From IMG/VR virus record IMGVR_UViG_3300042275_000518, positions 96,001 through 160,000 of that record: a DNA stretch of 64,000 nt. One strand, given 5' to 3'. Both the position numbers and the translations under genes were made by a program. Below the pieces are notes generated by a model, which ran no database searches, was not told the origin of the DNA, and worked only from the letters and a program-made list of their open reading frames with translations. Origin of the DNA: a virus (lineage: Duplodnaviria; Caudoviricetes). The number at the start of each line of letters is the position of its first letter. The first letter of the stretch is position 1. Shown piece by piece: positions 18,011 through 28,981 of this stretch.

Positions 18011-18495
18011 TTTGTTTCCTCCCTTAGTATTTTTTCTACAGTTTTGAATATTTCATTCAATTTTTCAATTTCATTATTGGTAAAATCCGAGAGTACGTAA
18101 TCAATTATTTCTCCAGATTCTGGAAAACCAATACCTATTTTAATTCTTTTGAATTCAGTAGTATTTAACTCTGAAATAATAGATTTAATACCATTATGAC
18201 CGCCTGCTGAACCTTTTTCACGGTATCTAATAGCGCCAAAAGGTATGCTGATATCATCATAAATAACTATTAATTTGTCAGTTGATAAACCTAAACTTTC
18301 TAATTTTCGCTTAATTCCTTTTCCTGAACTATTCATCATAGTCTGCGGTTTAAATAATATGAAATCAGTTGTTTCTGAATTTATACCAAAAGATCCTCTA
18401 TTAAGATAATCAAGAAACATAAATCCTGCGTTATGCCTATTTTTTTGATATTCACTTGGATAGTTTCCTAGCCCAACAATAAGATATTTTTTCAT
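18007..18495 (-). CDS. pth: Peptidyl-tRNA hydrolase
   Basis: LIVGLGN, RHNAGF, KPQTMMNSSG, YDD, GGHNGIKS. Confidence 0.95.
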   Translation of the reverse strand: MKKYLIVGLGNYPSEYQKNRHNAGFMFLDYLNRGSFGINSETTDFILFKPQTMMNSSGKGIKRKLESLGLSTDKLIVIYDDISIPFGAIRYREKGSAGGHNGIKSIISELNTTEFKRIKIGIGFPESGEIIDYVLSDFTNNEIEKLNEIFKTVEKILREETK

Positions 18496-19097
18496 GATCT
18501 TAGCCTTAAGAACAATTTTAATTCATCACTCATATTTTCAGGTTTAAGCCATGGATTTAAATCACGACTTAAAAACTTTGGGTCTAGCTTTCCGTTTAGA
18601 TTCATAAAGAGTTCTTCACTAATTGGGATTAGGGTTAAAGGCGAAAAGTCTGAAATCTTGTCTCGCATTTCTATAAAAAATGATTCTGAAAGTTTTTCAA
18701 TATTATTAGCAATAATTCTTTTTTGCTCCCCTTTGTCAAACTTAGAAAAATATATTTTAATAACTTCTTCGCTTAACCTACCATTTCTGGAAAGGTGAGA
18801 CCATTCAATATCGCTTTCAAAATCTTTAATAAACTCATAGCTTAGTAACGAATTAAAAGATACAATTTCCCAAAACCTTTTTTTAGTTGATGTAGCATAT
18901 GAATCCTTATTATAAAATACTGCGCTAACTCTTATTAGGTCTTCACTAGCATTATAAAAGTCTTGTGCGCTTTTTCCACTAATGCCGTCAATACCATAAT
19001 CGGCTATATAATTTTGAATTCCTAGGATATTTTTAGCATCTATTTTTTCTTTGTGTCTCATCAGCTGTTTTCCTTTTTTATTATTCTTCCAAAACAA
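18492..19097 (-). CDS. Hypothetical protein with shared C-terminal motif
   Basis: 201-aa ORF ending DELKLFLRLRS. Confidence 0.7.
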   Translation of the reverse strand: MFWKNNKKGKQLMRHKEKIDAKNILGIQNYIADYGIDGISGKSAQDFYNASEDLIRVSAVFYNKDSYATSTKKRFWEIVSFNSLLSYEFIKDFESDIEWSHLSRNGRLSEEVIKIYFSKFDKGEQKRIIANNIEKLSESFFIEMRDKISDFSPLTLIPISEELFMNLNGKLDPKFLSRDLNPWLKPENMSDELKLFLRLRS

Positions 19098-19129
19098 GTT
19101 AATCCCTCCCTTTAATAAAAAAGAAGGAC

Positions 19130-19645
19130 TTATTGTCCTTCTTTTTGTTGTTTTTCTTCAAATCTTCTTTGAGCTTCTTCAGCTTCTCTTTTTTGTTTTC
19201 TGAATTCTCTTTTTGCTAAACGTTTTTCTTTTCTTTTTTGACGTTTCTCAGCGCGTTTAGGCGCACCTTTTTTCCATATCGTAATAATTGGAATTCTAGA
19301 GTAGATTATAGTTCTTTCAATAAATAGAACATACACTAAAAATACACCCAGTACAATATATGCAATAAGTTTATCATGTTTAAATAATTCATATTTATCT
19401 GTCAAAATAAAGAATACTATTAAAAGTATAAGCAATGCTATGCTTGCTATACCTTTAAAAAATCGCTTAGTAGAAAGGTTTTTAATAACACTGAGACCAT
19501 TTGTTTGGTCTCCTCTATTGTTAACACTTTTTTCTTCTTCTTCAACTGCCTTAATTTCATAAAAATGGCTAAGAATGATAGTTGTAAATACACTACCAAG
19601 TAAGAAGAATAGTGAATACAATATAACTAAGTCTACTGTAAACAT
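19130..19645 (-). CDS. Hypothetical membrane protein (3 TM, basic tail)
   Basis: Hydrophobic segments; GAGGAGG RBS. Confidence 0.75.
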   Translation of the reverse strand: MFTVDLVILYSLFFLLGSVFTTIILSHFYEIKAVEEEEKSVNNRGDQTNGLSVIKNLSTKRFFKGIASIALLILLIVFFILTDKYELFKHDKLIAYIVLGVFLVYVLFIERTIIYSRIPIITIWKKGAPKRAEKRQKRKEKRLAKREFRKQKREAEEAQRRFEEKQQKEGQ

Positions 19646-19661
19646 ATTTTCCTCCTCGGAA

Positions 19662-20144
19662 TTATTCTTTAATAATAATTCCTAAATCTACTAAAATTTC
19701 TAAAACTGTTTCTACATTGTAGTATGAGATTGCATTTATCCATTGTTCCATTGACATATCAATTCGATAACCATCAATTTCTACACTACTGTATTCATGA
19801 TCTAAAAAAAGCTGATTCTTCTGATCAATATAACCAATATTAAGATATGTAATATAAATAGACTGTTCGTTTTCTGCTTCAGAAACTTCAAAATCAAGCA
19901 TTGCAAGTTTTCCTTCACTTGCATAGTCTACCATTAACATATCATAAGTAGGTTCATACATAACAATTGAACCGCGACCAGCGATTTCAACACCATCGTA
20001 ATCTTCTCCTGCATAGTCTTCATCCGCATAGTCTAACTGCATCGAAGAGATCATCGTTTTTAATTCATCAATGTCTCTACTGCCGCATGCGGATAATGAT
20101 AATACGAAAAGAAGTGTTAATACAAAAATAACTAGTTTTTTCAT
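19662..20144 (-). CDS. Putative lipoprotein
   Basis: MKK + hydrophobic stretch + LSAC lipobox. Confidence 0.8.
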   Translation of the reverse strand: MKKLVIFVLTLLFVLSLSACGSRDIDELKTMISSMQLDYADEDYAGEDYDGVEIAGRGSIVMYEPTYDMLMVDYASEGKLAMLDFEVSEAENEQSIYITYLNIGYIDQKNQLFLDHEYSSVEIDGYRIDMSMEQWINAISYYNVETVLEILVDLGIIIKE

Positions 20145-20173
20145 ATTTTTCTCCTTATAAGTAAGATGAGGAA

Positions 20174-21829
20174 TTATTCCTCATCTTTTTTTATATGTTT
20201 TTGCTCTGCAAAGAAATTATCATATAATTTAACAAATGGTGTAAGTGTTCCAGAGATACCCGGATCCGATGCACTACTTGCAACTAAACTTAACCTTCCA
20301 ACATAACTTGGATGAATATCTCTTTGATTTACAGAAACAATTTTGTTAATACTTTGTGGACCTCTAAATGTATATTTCAATAAGCAACTGTATAGATTCA
20401 TTTCATTTGTCGAATTATAATATCTTAATAATTCGTTAACGACAGTCTTTTTAATAATATACATAGGTTTAAGATTCGAAAATATTCTGTTCAGAATCAA
20501 TTTAGATCTTGTTGGTGAATTTAATACACGATAGATTTGATCTGAGAAATATTTTCTAAGTGGATATAGTTGATATTCGTAAAGTCGAATTCTCTTGTTT
20601 TCCAAATCTTGATTATCTTCTTGAGTCAACTCATCGAAATTTTTCAACATATATTTGATAACAGATAAAGTATTTTGTTTGTCTTCATCTGCAATATTTA
20701 AAATCTTACGAGTTGCATCGTCCATAAGTCGATCTAGTGAGATCAACATAGTTTTAATCTTATTGAACTTTTTAATTGGATCGTTATTAGTTGTAAAGAA
20801 CTTGGATAGTTTATCAATCCAGAAGTTAGGACTGTTGAAGTCATCGGCTGTAAACCAGATTCTTCCATCTTTACCTTTTAACTTCATATCTGCAAGACTT
20901 CCTAAAACCATCATAAGATTTTGATCTCGATTTTTTAGTTTTTCAGAATCAACAGATATATAAGTTGAAACAACTTTCTTATCCTTTAACAATTTTAATA
21001 CAGTTCTTCCTTCTTCTAACAAATCATTTGGTTCATCTGAAACTTTAATATCAACTCCAAAGAATTTATTCATCTTGCCAAGAAGGGTCGCGTCTTTATA
21101 ATCTTGACGTTTTCTAATGATATCAGGATCTTTCTGATCTGGATATGCAACTACAAGTGAATTATAGGCATACTTTCCTAGTACATAAAGAACTGGACTA
21201 ATTCTTTTTGAGAATAGAAGTAAATCATATACTGGTAGATCATCAAATGTTTCTGTACTATCAAAGAAATTTTCAATAGTATATCCTGTTTGTCTACGCA
21301 TAACCGTGATTGGCATAAGTAGACTTTTTAGCGAAACTGCATCTCTTGTACCATATGTTGAATTGTCAACAATCTGATAAATCAAAAAGTATCTAATTCC
21401 TTCATTAATATAGAAAGAGTTATCTATTAGTTTGTTAATATACAGATCTTTTTCAATAATGAAAGAGTCATTATCGGCAAGTTCTTCTTTATCATCAAAT
21501 TTACTCATATCGATATTTTCGAAATCATCAGGAAGTATCGGTTTTAAGACACTTTCCTTAGATGGAGTAATTTTAATTTTATAGTGAATTTTATTAAGAC
21601 GACTTGGAAGAATTGGTTTATAATATCTGCCATTATTCACAACTGGCAGAAAATTGCTTTCGTCTGTATCCAAACGAATATCAAGGATTTCGATTTCGTT
21701 CAAAATTTCTAGTGCTTTGAAGATATCTTTAATGTATTCTAAAATATCATCATCATTTCTAGATAAGATGAAATCTTCATTGAATTTTTCTTTATTTTGT
21801 TGTGAGTAAGCTTGTAAGTACTTGTACAT
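20174..21829 (-). CDS. Phage RNA polymerase beta-like subunit (N-terminal part)
   Basis: FYINEG.R...YQ, RDIHPSYVGRL...SDPGISGTL (beta region D-like). Confidence 0.85.
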   Translation of the reverse strand: MYKYLQAYSQQNKEKFNEDFILSRNDDDILEYIKDIFKALEILNEIEILDIRLDTDESNFLPVVNNGRYYKPILPSRLNKIHYKIKITPSKESVLKPILPDDFENIDMSKFDDKEELADNDSFIIEKDLYINKLIDNSFYINEGIRYFLIYQIVDNSTYGTRDAVSLKSLLMPITVMRRQTGYTIENFFDSTETFDDLPVYDLLLFSKRISPVLYVLGKYAYNSLVVAYPDQKDPDIIRKRQDYKDATLLGKMNKFFGVDIKVSDEPNDLLEEGRTVLKLLKDKKVVSTYISVDSEKLKNRDQNLMMVLGSLADMKLKGKDGRIWFTADDFNSPNFWIDKLSKFFTTNNDPIKKFNKIKTMLISLDRLMDDATRKILNIADEDKQNTLSVIKYMLKNFDELTQEDNQDLENKRIRLYEYQLYPLRKYFSDQIYRVLNSPTRSKLILNRIFSNLKPMYIIKKTVVNELLRYYNSTNEMNLYSCLLKYTFRGPQSINKIVSVNQRDIHPSYVGRLSLVASSASDPGISGTLTPFVKLYDNFFAEQKHIKKDEE

Positions 21830-21835
21830 GTTGTT

Positions 21836-23206
21836 CTACACCTCTTCTTCGTCAGTTTTTGTAGTAGTTACTTTCCCTCGATCTTCTAATTCTTGAATTT
21901 TTTCATCAGATATTAGATTATATTGTTTTAGCGTTGATTCAAAATTCTTGATTAATCGAAGAATTTTTCCACTATAATCAACCATTGTTGCATGTGCAAG
22001 CTGACCTTGTAATTTCTTCAAATTAAATGTAACTTCACCAATGTACAACTTATGAATTTTAACCCTAAGGTTTCTATAAAACTTTCTATTGATTGTCATT
22101 TCATCATTATGATTTATAGTGACACCAGTTATATGTCTTCTAGCTCCTGACATTCCATGAGATTTATCAGCATTTAAACTGAAATCATCAATCATTTCAT
22201 ATCTATTGAATGCTAAATTAAATAATGCTGTGATGAAGTCCTTCGAAATGAATCTATCAGACGAGAACGCCATATCATCAGCATAAACTGAGAATTCCAT
22301 ATCATAACCGTTCGTAATATTTTTAATATATTGAACTGGTTTACTAATAATAACATTTGCAAGTGTACCAGAAATCGGATTTCCAATAAACAAAGCATCT
22401 GTGTCTTTATCCAGAATAGTATCTAGAAAATCATTTTGTAGCACTTCTTTATTCGGCGAATTCTTGAAAAACATTTTTAAATATTTCTCTACATATTCTC
22501 TTTTACATGAAGGGAAAAAGTCTTTTAAGTCAACTTTGTACATATATTTCTTTTCAATATGTCGTTGTGCATTGTTTACAATATTTTTACCTTTTTTGTA
22601 TGCAACTTGAAAATCGCTGTTTCTTTTATCGTAAATATATTGCAGCATTTTATTAAAGTCTTTTAAAGGTCCTTTAATTTCTTCATGTGGGGCGGTAATA
22701 TCTCTAAACTTAAGAGGTTTTCCTTTTTGAGTTTTCTTTTTGATTTTAAACTTGTTAAATACTATTTCTCCCCGATGTTTCAAGTCTGCGTTTACAAACA
22801 ACGTTTCAAGAATCGGAGCTGCGGTAATAAAATTAAAATGGTTCTGGTGATTACCAATAATTACCCTCCCAGAATTATCCTCAATACCAAAGTATTTTTT
22901 GATTGCATCTGCAATTCCGTCATGTTCCATTTTGTAAAACGCTACAAGTTTATTATCAAACATCATTTCTTTTACTGCTACCATAAGATAATCATCTGAT
23001 AGAAATAAATAATAATATTTTTCAGTTTTACTGAATGTCTCTTTTTTCAATTTTTTTAATAAGTCTCTGTAAGTTTCGACTTTTTGTTTTTCGCAATTTT
23101 CAAGAAGCTTTTCTTGATTAAGCTCTCCAAAATTTTGATCAATAAAATCTACTTTTCCATCTTCGTAGACTACTGCTTGTTTGTCTTCATAGTTAAAGCG
23201 TAACAC
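21836..23206 (-). CDS. Reverse transcriptase, retron-like, with ~150-aa N-terminal extension
   Basis: FRDITAP, NAQRH, KVDLKDFFPS, GNPISGTLAN, YADD, HITG. Confidence 0.9.
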   Translation of the reverse strand: MLRFNYEDKQAVVYEDGKVDFIDQNFGELNQEKLLENCEKQKVETYRDLLKKLKKETFSKTEKYYYLFLSDDYLMVAVKEMMFDNKLVAFYKMEHDGIADAIKKYFGIEDNSGRVIIGNHQNHFNFITAAPILETLFVNADLKHRGEIVFNKFKIKKKTQKGKPLKFRDITAPHEEIKGPLKDFNKMLQYIYDKRNSDFQVAYKKGKNIVNNAQRHIEKKYMYKVDLKDFFPSCKREYVEKYLKMFFKNSPNKEVLQNDFLDTILDKDTDALFIGNPISGTLANVIISKPVQYIKNITNGYDMEFSVYADDMAFSSDRFISKDFITALFNLAFNRYEMIDDFSLNADKSHGMSGARRHITGVTINHNDEMTINRKFYRNLRVKIHKLYIGEVTFNLKKLQGQLAHATMVDYSGKILRLIKNFESTLKQYNLISDEKIQELEDRGKVTTTKTDEEEV

Positions 23207-23459
23207 TTTCTATTAACTCCTTTTTGTCGTTTATTTTTGTGATTTTTATGTGTTGCTCATTTTCAAATTTATTGTCTAAAACAATAATCTCTCCAATATT
23301 TATATCAGGATCTGTCCATACTGCTAAATGTACATCTTCATCTTTCAATGAAAGTAAAAAATTGTCTATAACTTTGTTCATATTTTCTTCATAGAACTCT
23401 TTACAAACTAATGTATCATTTTTAATGTACTCAATTTCAACCGTAAATTTGTTCTCCAT
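23193..23459 (-). CDS. Small hypothetical protein overlapping the RT start
   Basis: 88 aa from ATG 23459 with AGGAGG. Confidence 0.65.
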   Translation of the reverse strand: MENKFTVEIEYIKNDTLVCKEFYEENMNKVIDNFLLSLKDEDVHLAVWTDPDINIGEIIVLDNKFENEQHIKITKINDKKELIESVTL

Positions 23460-23590
23460 GTATCCTCCTAATATTTTTTTAATGAAGAGAGGGAAGGTGG
23501 TAAGCCCTCCGGAATATCGCCACAATACTCTTTTTCCTCTCTATTATATAAAAAGCTGGGACTATCAATCCCAGCCTTTTTAACTATTTT

Positions 23591-24256
23591 TTATTGTTTA
23601 TTGTTTCCTGGTCGTTTCTTATTTTTGTTGAACACTTTTACTTTGCTGTTATCTGTTATTTTCTTAGTGGATGTTATATCAAATCCAAGGTCTCTTAGTA
23701 TTTTATGATTGCTTGTTTTATAAACATGCTTCCTTGAATTATAAGAATCAAATATGTGAGAAATTTTTGAAGGTGTAAAGCCTGGATCAAATGCGTCCCC
23801 GGCTTCAATCTTCGTAATATTATTTCTCAATGATTCATATAAGATAAAATATTTTCCATAATTTCTATAGCTGACTTTCTCTGATGGGAATCGACTGGCA
23901 ATCGTCTCCGACTTATTCAAAGATACTCGCATAGTTCCGAGCAGATAATAATCAAACGAAGTATTGTGTACAAAGAATATAAACTCTCCATACGGAGAAT
24001 TCTTTTTATTAGACTTTTTAGGTATTTCGAACACGTCATATTTGTTATCCAGAACGAAACAGGACCCGCCTGTTCTTGTATTATACGAAGTATTATTTCC
24101 TGTCATATTATGTCCTGACGTGTCATATGCTGTCATATTAAACAAATCATACTGATGAACTGGAATTCCTTCATATTCTGCGATTTCTGTTACAACTTCA
24201 CGTATTCTTCTAAAATGTGCTCTTTGGTGTAATGGTATATCATTATTCTTACCCAT
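23591..24256 (-). CDS. Hypothetical protein
   Basis: 221-aa ORF, followed by a GGCTGGGA/TCCCAGCT hairpin terminator. Confidence 0.7.
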   Translation of the reverse strand: MGKNNDIPLHQRAHFRRIREVVTEIAEYEGIPVHQYDLFNMTAYDTSGHNMTGNNTSYNTRTGGSCFVLDNKYDVFEIPKKSNKKNSPYGEFIFFVHNTSFDYYLLGTMRVSLNKSETIASRFPSEKVSYRNYGKYFILYESLRNNITKIEAGDAFDPGFTPSKISHIFDSYNSRKHVYKTSNHKILRDLGFDITSTKKITDNSKVKVFNKNKKRPGNNKQ

Positions 24257-24284
24257 AATAATATTCCTTCCTTTCGTATTGCAG

Positions 24285-27200
24285 CTAGTCTTCTAAACTT
24301 AAATCAAGAATATTTAAATATTTTTCTAATATCTGTCTATTCATAGATTGGTCTCGATTAAGCTGAATATCTAAATTTAGTGGTGTTTTATGCGTTAATA
24401 GATCTTCAATTAAACTATGTCTATTCTCTTCAGCTGTCGAATAAGATTTCAATAGTTTCTCTACAAGATCTCCTCTTTTTGGTCTCTTTTGTTGCGAATC
24501 AAGCCTTTTCTTGACCCTTCTTTATATTTCTATAAAGGACAGACTATATCTTCATCCTATAAGGATGCACTGCGCTTCGATTTTAAGGATTTTAAAATCT
24601 ACTCGGTTAAACTCATCGCCGATAGTCGTTGAAGTTAATTAATCTATATATTTTCAAATGTGACCAGCCGAACTTTTTGTTCTACCTCGACAACAATTTG
24701 TTATACATGATGAATTTACTAAATTAAAAAATTCTGCTGCCTCTTGAACTGAATTAAATACTTTTGTTTTGTCTCCAGTTTCTATATTATAGCCGATAAC
24801 TTTTTTCCCTTTAATATTTTTCATACGTTCAGATATCTTTCTTTTAGTTTCTTGTTTCATAATAATACCGGTATGAGATATTCTATTTTTTTCAATAGCA
24901 CTCTCAGTTCTTTTCTTTCCAGTATTAGCCTTTGAAATTTTCTCTTTAGTTTTATTAGAAACCAAATGCCCTTTTCCTCTATTTGGAAATTTTCTCCCTG
25001 TAAGAGAAGCTGATATCTTTTTTTTATGTTCATCTGATAAAGGTCTTCCTTTTCTTGAAAGATTTATTTTTTTCATTCTTTCAGAATATTCTGCTTTAAC
25101 CTCTTCATTTAAAATTAAAGGATTCTCTCCACCTAAAGTCTTATTATAACCTCTAGATTTATCAAAAGTTTTATACATATTTATATAATATGTTTCTTTA
25201 GTAAGTGCATCACTTAGAGCTAGTGACTCTTCAATGATTTCACTATCAAAACTATTCCAGCCATATTTTTTTATTGCAGCAAAGAAATGTTTATTCCTAG
25301 TATAACCCCAACCACTTTTAGTTCGATCTTTTAATTCTTGTTGTGTTATACCAATATAAACTTTTCCATTTATAGAATTTGTATGTTTATAAACTTTATA
25401 ATTATTAAGATTTTCCATATAGATCAACTCCTTAATAATTTGTTCTAAAAATTTATTATTAATTTAGCAACTTCCATTTGATTAAATAACCTGCTGATTG
25501 CCCAATCTTTCAGATTTTCAAACCTTCACGATTACCTTTGCAGGTTGCGTTGTGGTTCTGAAAGCTCTAAGGGGTTTCCAGCAATTCACAGTGTTCTCAA
25601 TTATATATTACTATATAACGTGACTAAAATTAATCATTAAATTTGTTACTTCCATCTCGCCAAGTCTCAATGGCGTCTGTGACACTAAAATCTTTTTCTG
25701 TTTCTTCAATGTTGATTTTGAAGGTAAATTCTTAATATTGTTTAAACCAGTTGCACGAATTGATGTCTTATTAGCAGTTTCATGTTTAAGCCTGATAAAG
25801 TACATGTCACCCATAACCATTGATTTTTCAATATTTTTGAATTTATACTTTTCTACAAGATGCGGGAACTTTTTATAGATTTCCACGAAATCATCCATAT
25901 CTGCATTTTCCATATACGGACTTTGATGGATATAAATACCATTCTCGATAATATCTTTAAAGAAATCTTCTTTTTCAGATCTATTCATCATAATATATTC
26001 CATATCTAAGAAATCATATTGTTCTTTATTTACAAGTTTAAGGAATCCGAAGAATTCATCTTCCATCTCAAACAAGTCATCTTGTTTCTCTTTAAGACTT
26101 TTAACAAGGTTTTCACACATAAATGTAATGTGCTGCTCAATAATTTGAGCTAAGTTAAGTCTATTTAATACACCTAATGGATTTAGAATTGCTTCTACCT
26201 TGACTCCGTCTTCGGTTTCTGGCATTTCATCATCAGGTAATATCATTGAAATTGTACCTTTATTACCATATCGACCTGTAAGCTTAGCCCCAGGTGTCAC
26301 TGGATTTTCTTTCAATATTGTAAACTGAATCTTGAAACTATCAAAAGTTTTTCCTTCATGTCTCCAATAAATCTTTTCATTAATTTCCTCATGAGTTTTC
26401 TTCCACCAGTACGCTAATTCATCAGTATATTTATTTGGATTATCTTCACGAAGCACTGGATGTTTAATCAACATTCCATATTTCTTAATTTCTTCTTTTT
26501 CTTCATCTTCTGTCATGATTTTGACTGGGATGATTTTTTCTAGTTCTTCTGCAAGGGTTTTATAATAATTATATTGCCCTTCATAAACCTCAATTATTTC
26601 TCTTGTGAATTCATTTTCTTTTTCTTTAAGACGTCCAAGTGGAATGTTACTGAAAATGTCAATATCAACAACTTCTCCGCCACCTGTATAGATAACAGTG
26701 TCATCAAGATTGTCAATTTCACGTAGTCTTTCACTTTGGAAATCAAATAGAATTCTGTCATGTTGAATTCTTCGGATGGCTGCCAAAATTCGATTATCAA
26801 TTACATCCCCAACACGTGGAAATGATTTATAATAATATTCGCCACCATAAAGGTTGATCAAAATATCATTACTATTGATTGAGAAAATTGTTTGCTCAAC
26901 TTTATACGCATCTAATTTCTTAGCTGCGCTTTCACTGATTACAACGCCATCCTCGTAAGTAAGATTCTTATAAGGTAAAAACACAGATTTCAGATTTACG
27001 CCATATGAGAAGTTTTTCTGGTCATCGTAGTTTGTTGAACGATAAACATAATCTCCTTTATGAATAGTGTCACCAATAGTTTTATCAGAAACACAATCTT
27101 CAAGCGCATAACCATAATCTTCTGTAATATTCACGGCGCGTCTATAATGTAAAATATCATAGACTTTTGAAGAACGATATTGAACTATAAGGTCATAGTT

Positions 27201-27803
27201 ATATTTATTCTTTGAAACCTTAGCAATAATATCGAAATCTTCTTTTGCTTCTTTATACGCCACACTATATTTACCAACTTGATTTTCAAAGTTTGTAAAC
27301 ACGCGTGGAAATTCTGGTTTTACTAAATGAATAAACTGATTAATATGATTTGCGAACATATTAATTCTTTGCGTCGATTTTGTTACGATAGAATTCGCTA
27401 TTTTCTACCTTCTTTATATTTCTATAAAGTCCAGACTATATCTTCACCCAATCTTCATTGGGGTTCTGCATTTCGAGTCGCTTGACTCTACTTCCTTATG
27501 GAATAGTCGTTGAACTACTTGTAATCTTTATAAATACTACCATTATACTTCCATAAATAATTTTTTACAAATAGCTGCGGATTGCCCAATCTCTTGCCTT
27601 TTTACCATCTCTCCAACGTTACTCTTCGATTAACAGGTAGCTAAGAGCTCTAAGGGGTTTCCCGCAATTAACAGAATTTTTCACATTAATTACTTAACGC
27701 GGTGACTATGCAATTAATCACTATTGTTTACTCTTGGGACTAATAATTCCTCACTCATAAAGAAATGAGGATTTTCCTTGTTGTTTTCAAAATTATAATA
27801 CAT
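24285..27803 (-). CDS. RNA polymerase beta-like subunit (C-terminal part); exons 27717-27803, 25633-27374, 24285-24483 (675 aa)
   Basis: YEDGVVIS, GAKLTGRYGNKG, LNPLGVLNR, MYFIRLKH, RLGEME; splicing restores NNSD|TQRINMF and LMI|PKRGD in frame. Confidence 0.88.
24484..25632 (-). mobile_element. Group I intron in RNAP beta gene carrying a GIY-YIG endonuclease
   Basis: Exon ends in U, intron ends in G; core AATTGCTGGAAAC...AATCAGCAG, TCAACGACTA, GATATAGTCT. Confidence 0.9.
24639..25418 (-). CDS. GIY-YIG homing endonuclease with NUMOD3/NUMOD1 repeats; UGA at 24654 read as Trp
   Basis: KVYKHTN...KVYIGIT; read-through completes NUMOD1 SAGHI(W)KYID. Confidence 0.88.
27375..27716 (-). mobile_element. 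Group I intron (no ORF) in RNAP beta gene
   Basis: Same P/Q/R/S core motifs, U|...G| junctions. Confidence 0.88.
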
Positions 27804-27838
27804 CTGATCTCTCCTTGTTGTTTCGGATCATAGAAATA

Positions 27839-28483
27839 CTATTCTGTTGGATCCTCTTTTTCTTTATCAATGTTTTGTTGTTCCATTATACTATTTACTA
27901 ATTCTTCCGTTCTCTGATTAATTTTTTCTAAAAGTTGACTCAATGGTTTTGTATCATCTAATAAATCAATTTCATATCGTTCAAAATATAATTCTCTTAC
28001 AGGAATAACTATTTCAAGTATATCAATGATAACTTGCATTCCATTGTCGAGATCAATCGATTCGCAGATTTCAATTAATTCTTCTAATAATGACGAAATA
28101 ATTTCCTTGTCTTCTTTTACATCAACATCTTTCATAATCGCTAAGATTGTAAGATATGCTGATATTTTTGAAAACAGAACTCCTTCATCCTTCATTAAAA
28201 TGATTTTCTCTTTAACTTCTTCAAGAGTAATTTCTTCATGTACAAGTCTTTCAAGATAACCATCTATTTGTTTTTGAACTTCCTTGAGTTGATGACCATA
28301 TTTGACTGGAAGCAAGATATCAAATAGAGTATCATTACTTCGGGTTTCAAATAGATGGGCCGCTAACTCAGGAGTAAACATTTCAAGAAGTTTCTCATCT
28401 TGAACGATTTGCAATAAAGTTTCTTCGGTCCAATCTTCATATTGTCCCAACAGTTTTTCTAATTCTTGTAAATTTGATATCAT
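27839..28483 (-). CDS. Hypothetical acidic helical protein
   Basis: ORF with GAGGAG RBS. Confidence 0.7.
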   Translation of the reverse strand: MISNLQELEKLLGQYEDWTEETLLQIVQDEKLLEMFTPELAAHLFETRSNDTLFDILLPVKYGHQLKEVQKQIDGYLERLVHEEITLEEVKEKIILMKDEGVLFSKISAYLTILAIMKDVDVKEDKEIISSLLEELIEICESIDLDNGMQVIIDILEIVIPVRELYFERYEIDLLDDTKPLSQLLEKINQRTEELVNSIMEQQNIDKEKEDPTE

Positions 28484-28556
28484 AGTTTCTCCTCTCAAAT
28501 ATGAAAATAAAGAAGAATCACTTGGATTCTTCTTTTATTTTTTAATCATCTCTTTC

Positions 28557-28841
28557 TTAAGCTTGTTCAGTTTCCTCAGCAGGTGCTTGAGGTGCTTGTT
28601 GTTGTGCTACATCTTGATAGAATTTTGCAACTCCATTATAACCTGCAACAAATGCTGCATCTTGAATTCTCTTAAGTTTTACTTTTTCAGAAACATCTAC
28701 AACGTCGTCATAAATTTTATCTGTTGTAATCGCTTCTACTCCTTCAAATGCTTCGCTGTTGTCAGCCACATCTACTGATCCGTCTGTGTTACGAGTAACT
28801 GTGTAAGAGTATAATACTTTTTTTTCTTGTTGTTCTGCCAT
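28557..28841 (-). CDS. Hypothetical protein
   Basis: 94 aa, AGGAG RBS, TATATTAT promoter upstream. Confidence 0.75.
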   Translation of the reverse strand: MAEQQEKKVLYSYTVTRNTDGSVDVADNSEAFEGVEAITTDKIYDDVVDVSEKVKLKRIQDAAFVAGYNGVAKFYQDVAQQQAPQAPAEETEQA

Positions 28842-28981
28842 GTTGTTTTTCTCTCCTTTTTGAATGTCGTAAATGAGTTCATTTACGCAATGTTATAATA
28901 TATTTTTTAGACAATTTTTAATCTAAAAGATTATATTTAATCTTTTAATTTTTAACAATAAAAGCGGAAAATTAATTCCGC

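Noticed and set aside
21836-23206. Group II intron or DGR reverse transcriptase
   Set aside because: No domain V/VI RNA, maturase or endonuclease domain seen; no TR/VR repeat pair with adenine-specific mismatches found by eye
24639-24660. Selenocysteine decoding of UGA
   Set aside because: Positions correspond to Trp motifs, not catalytic Cys; no tRNA-Sec or SECIS evident
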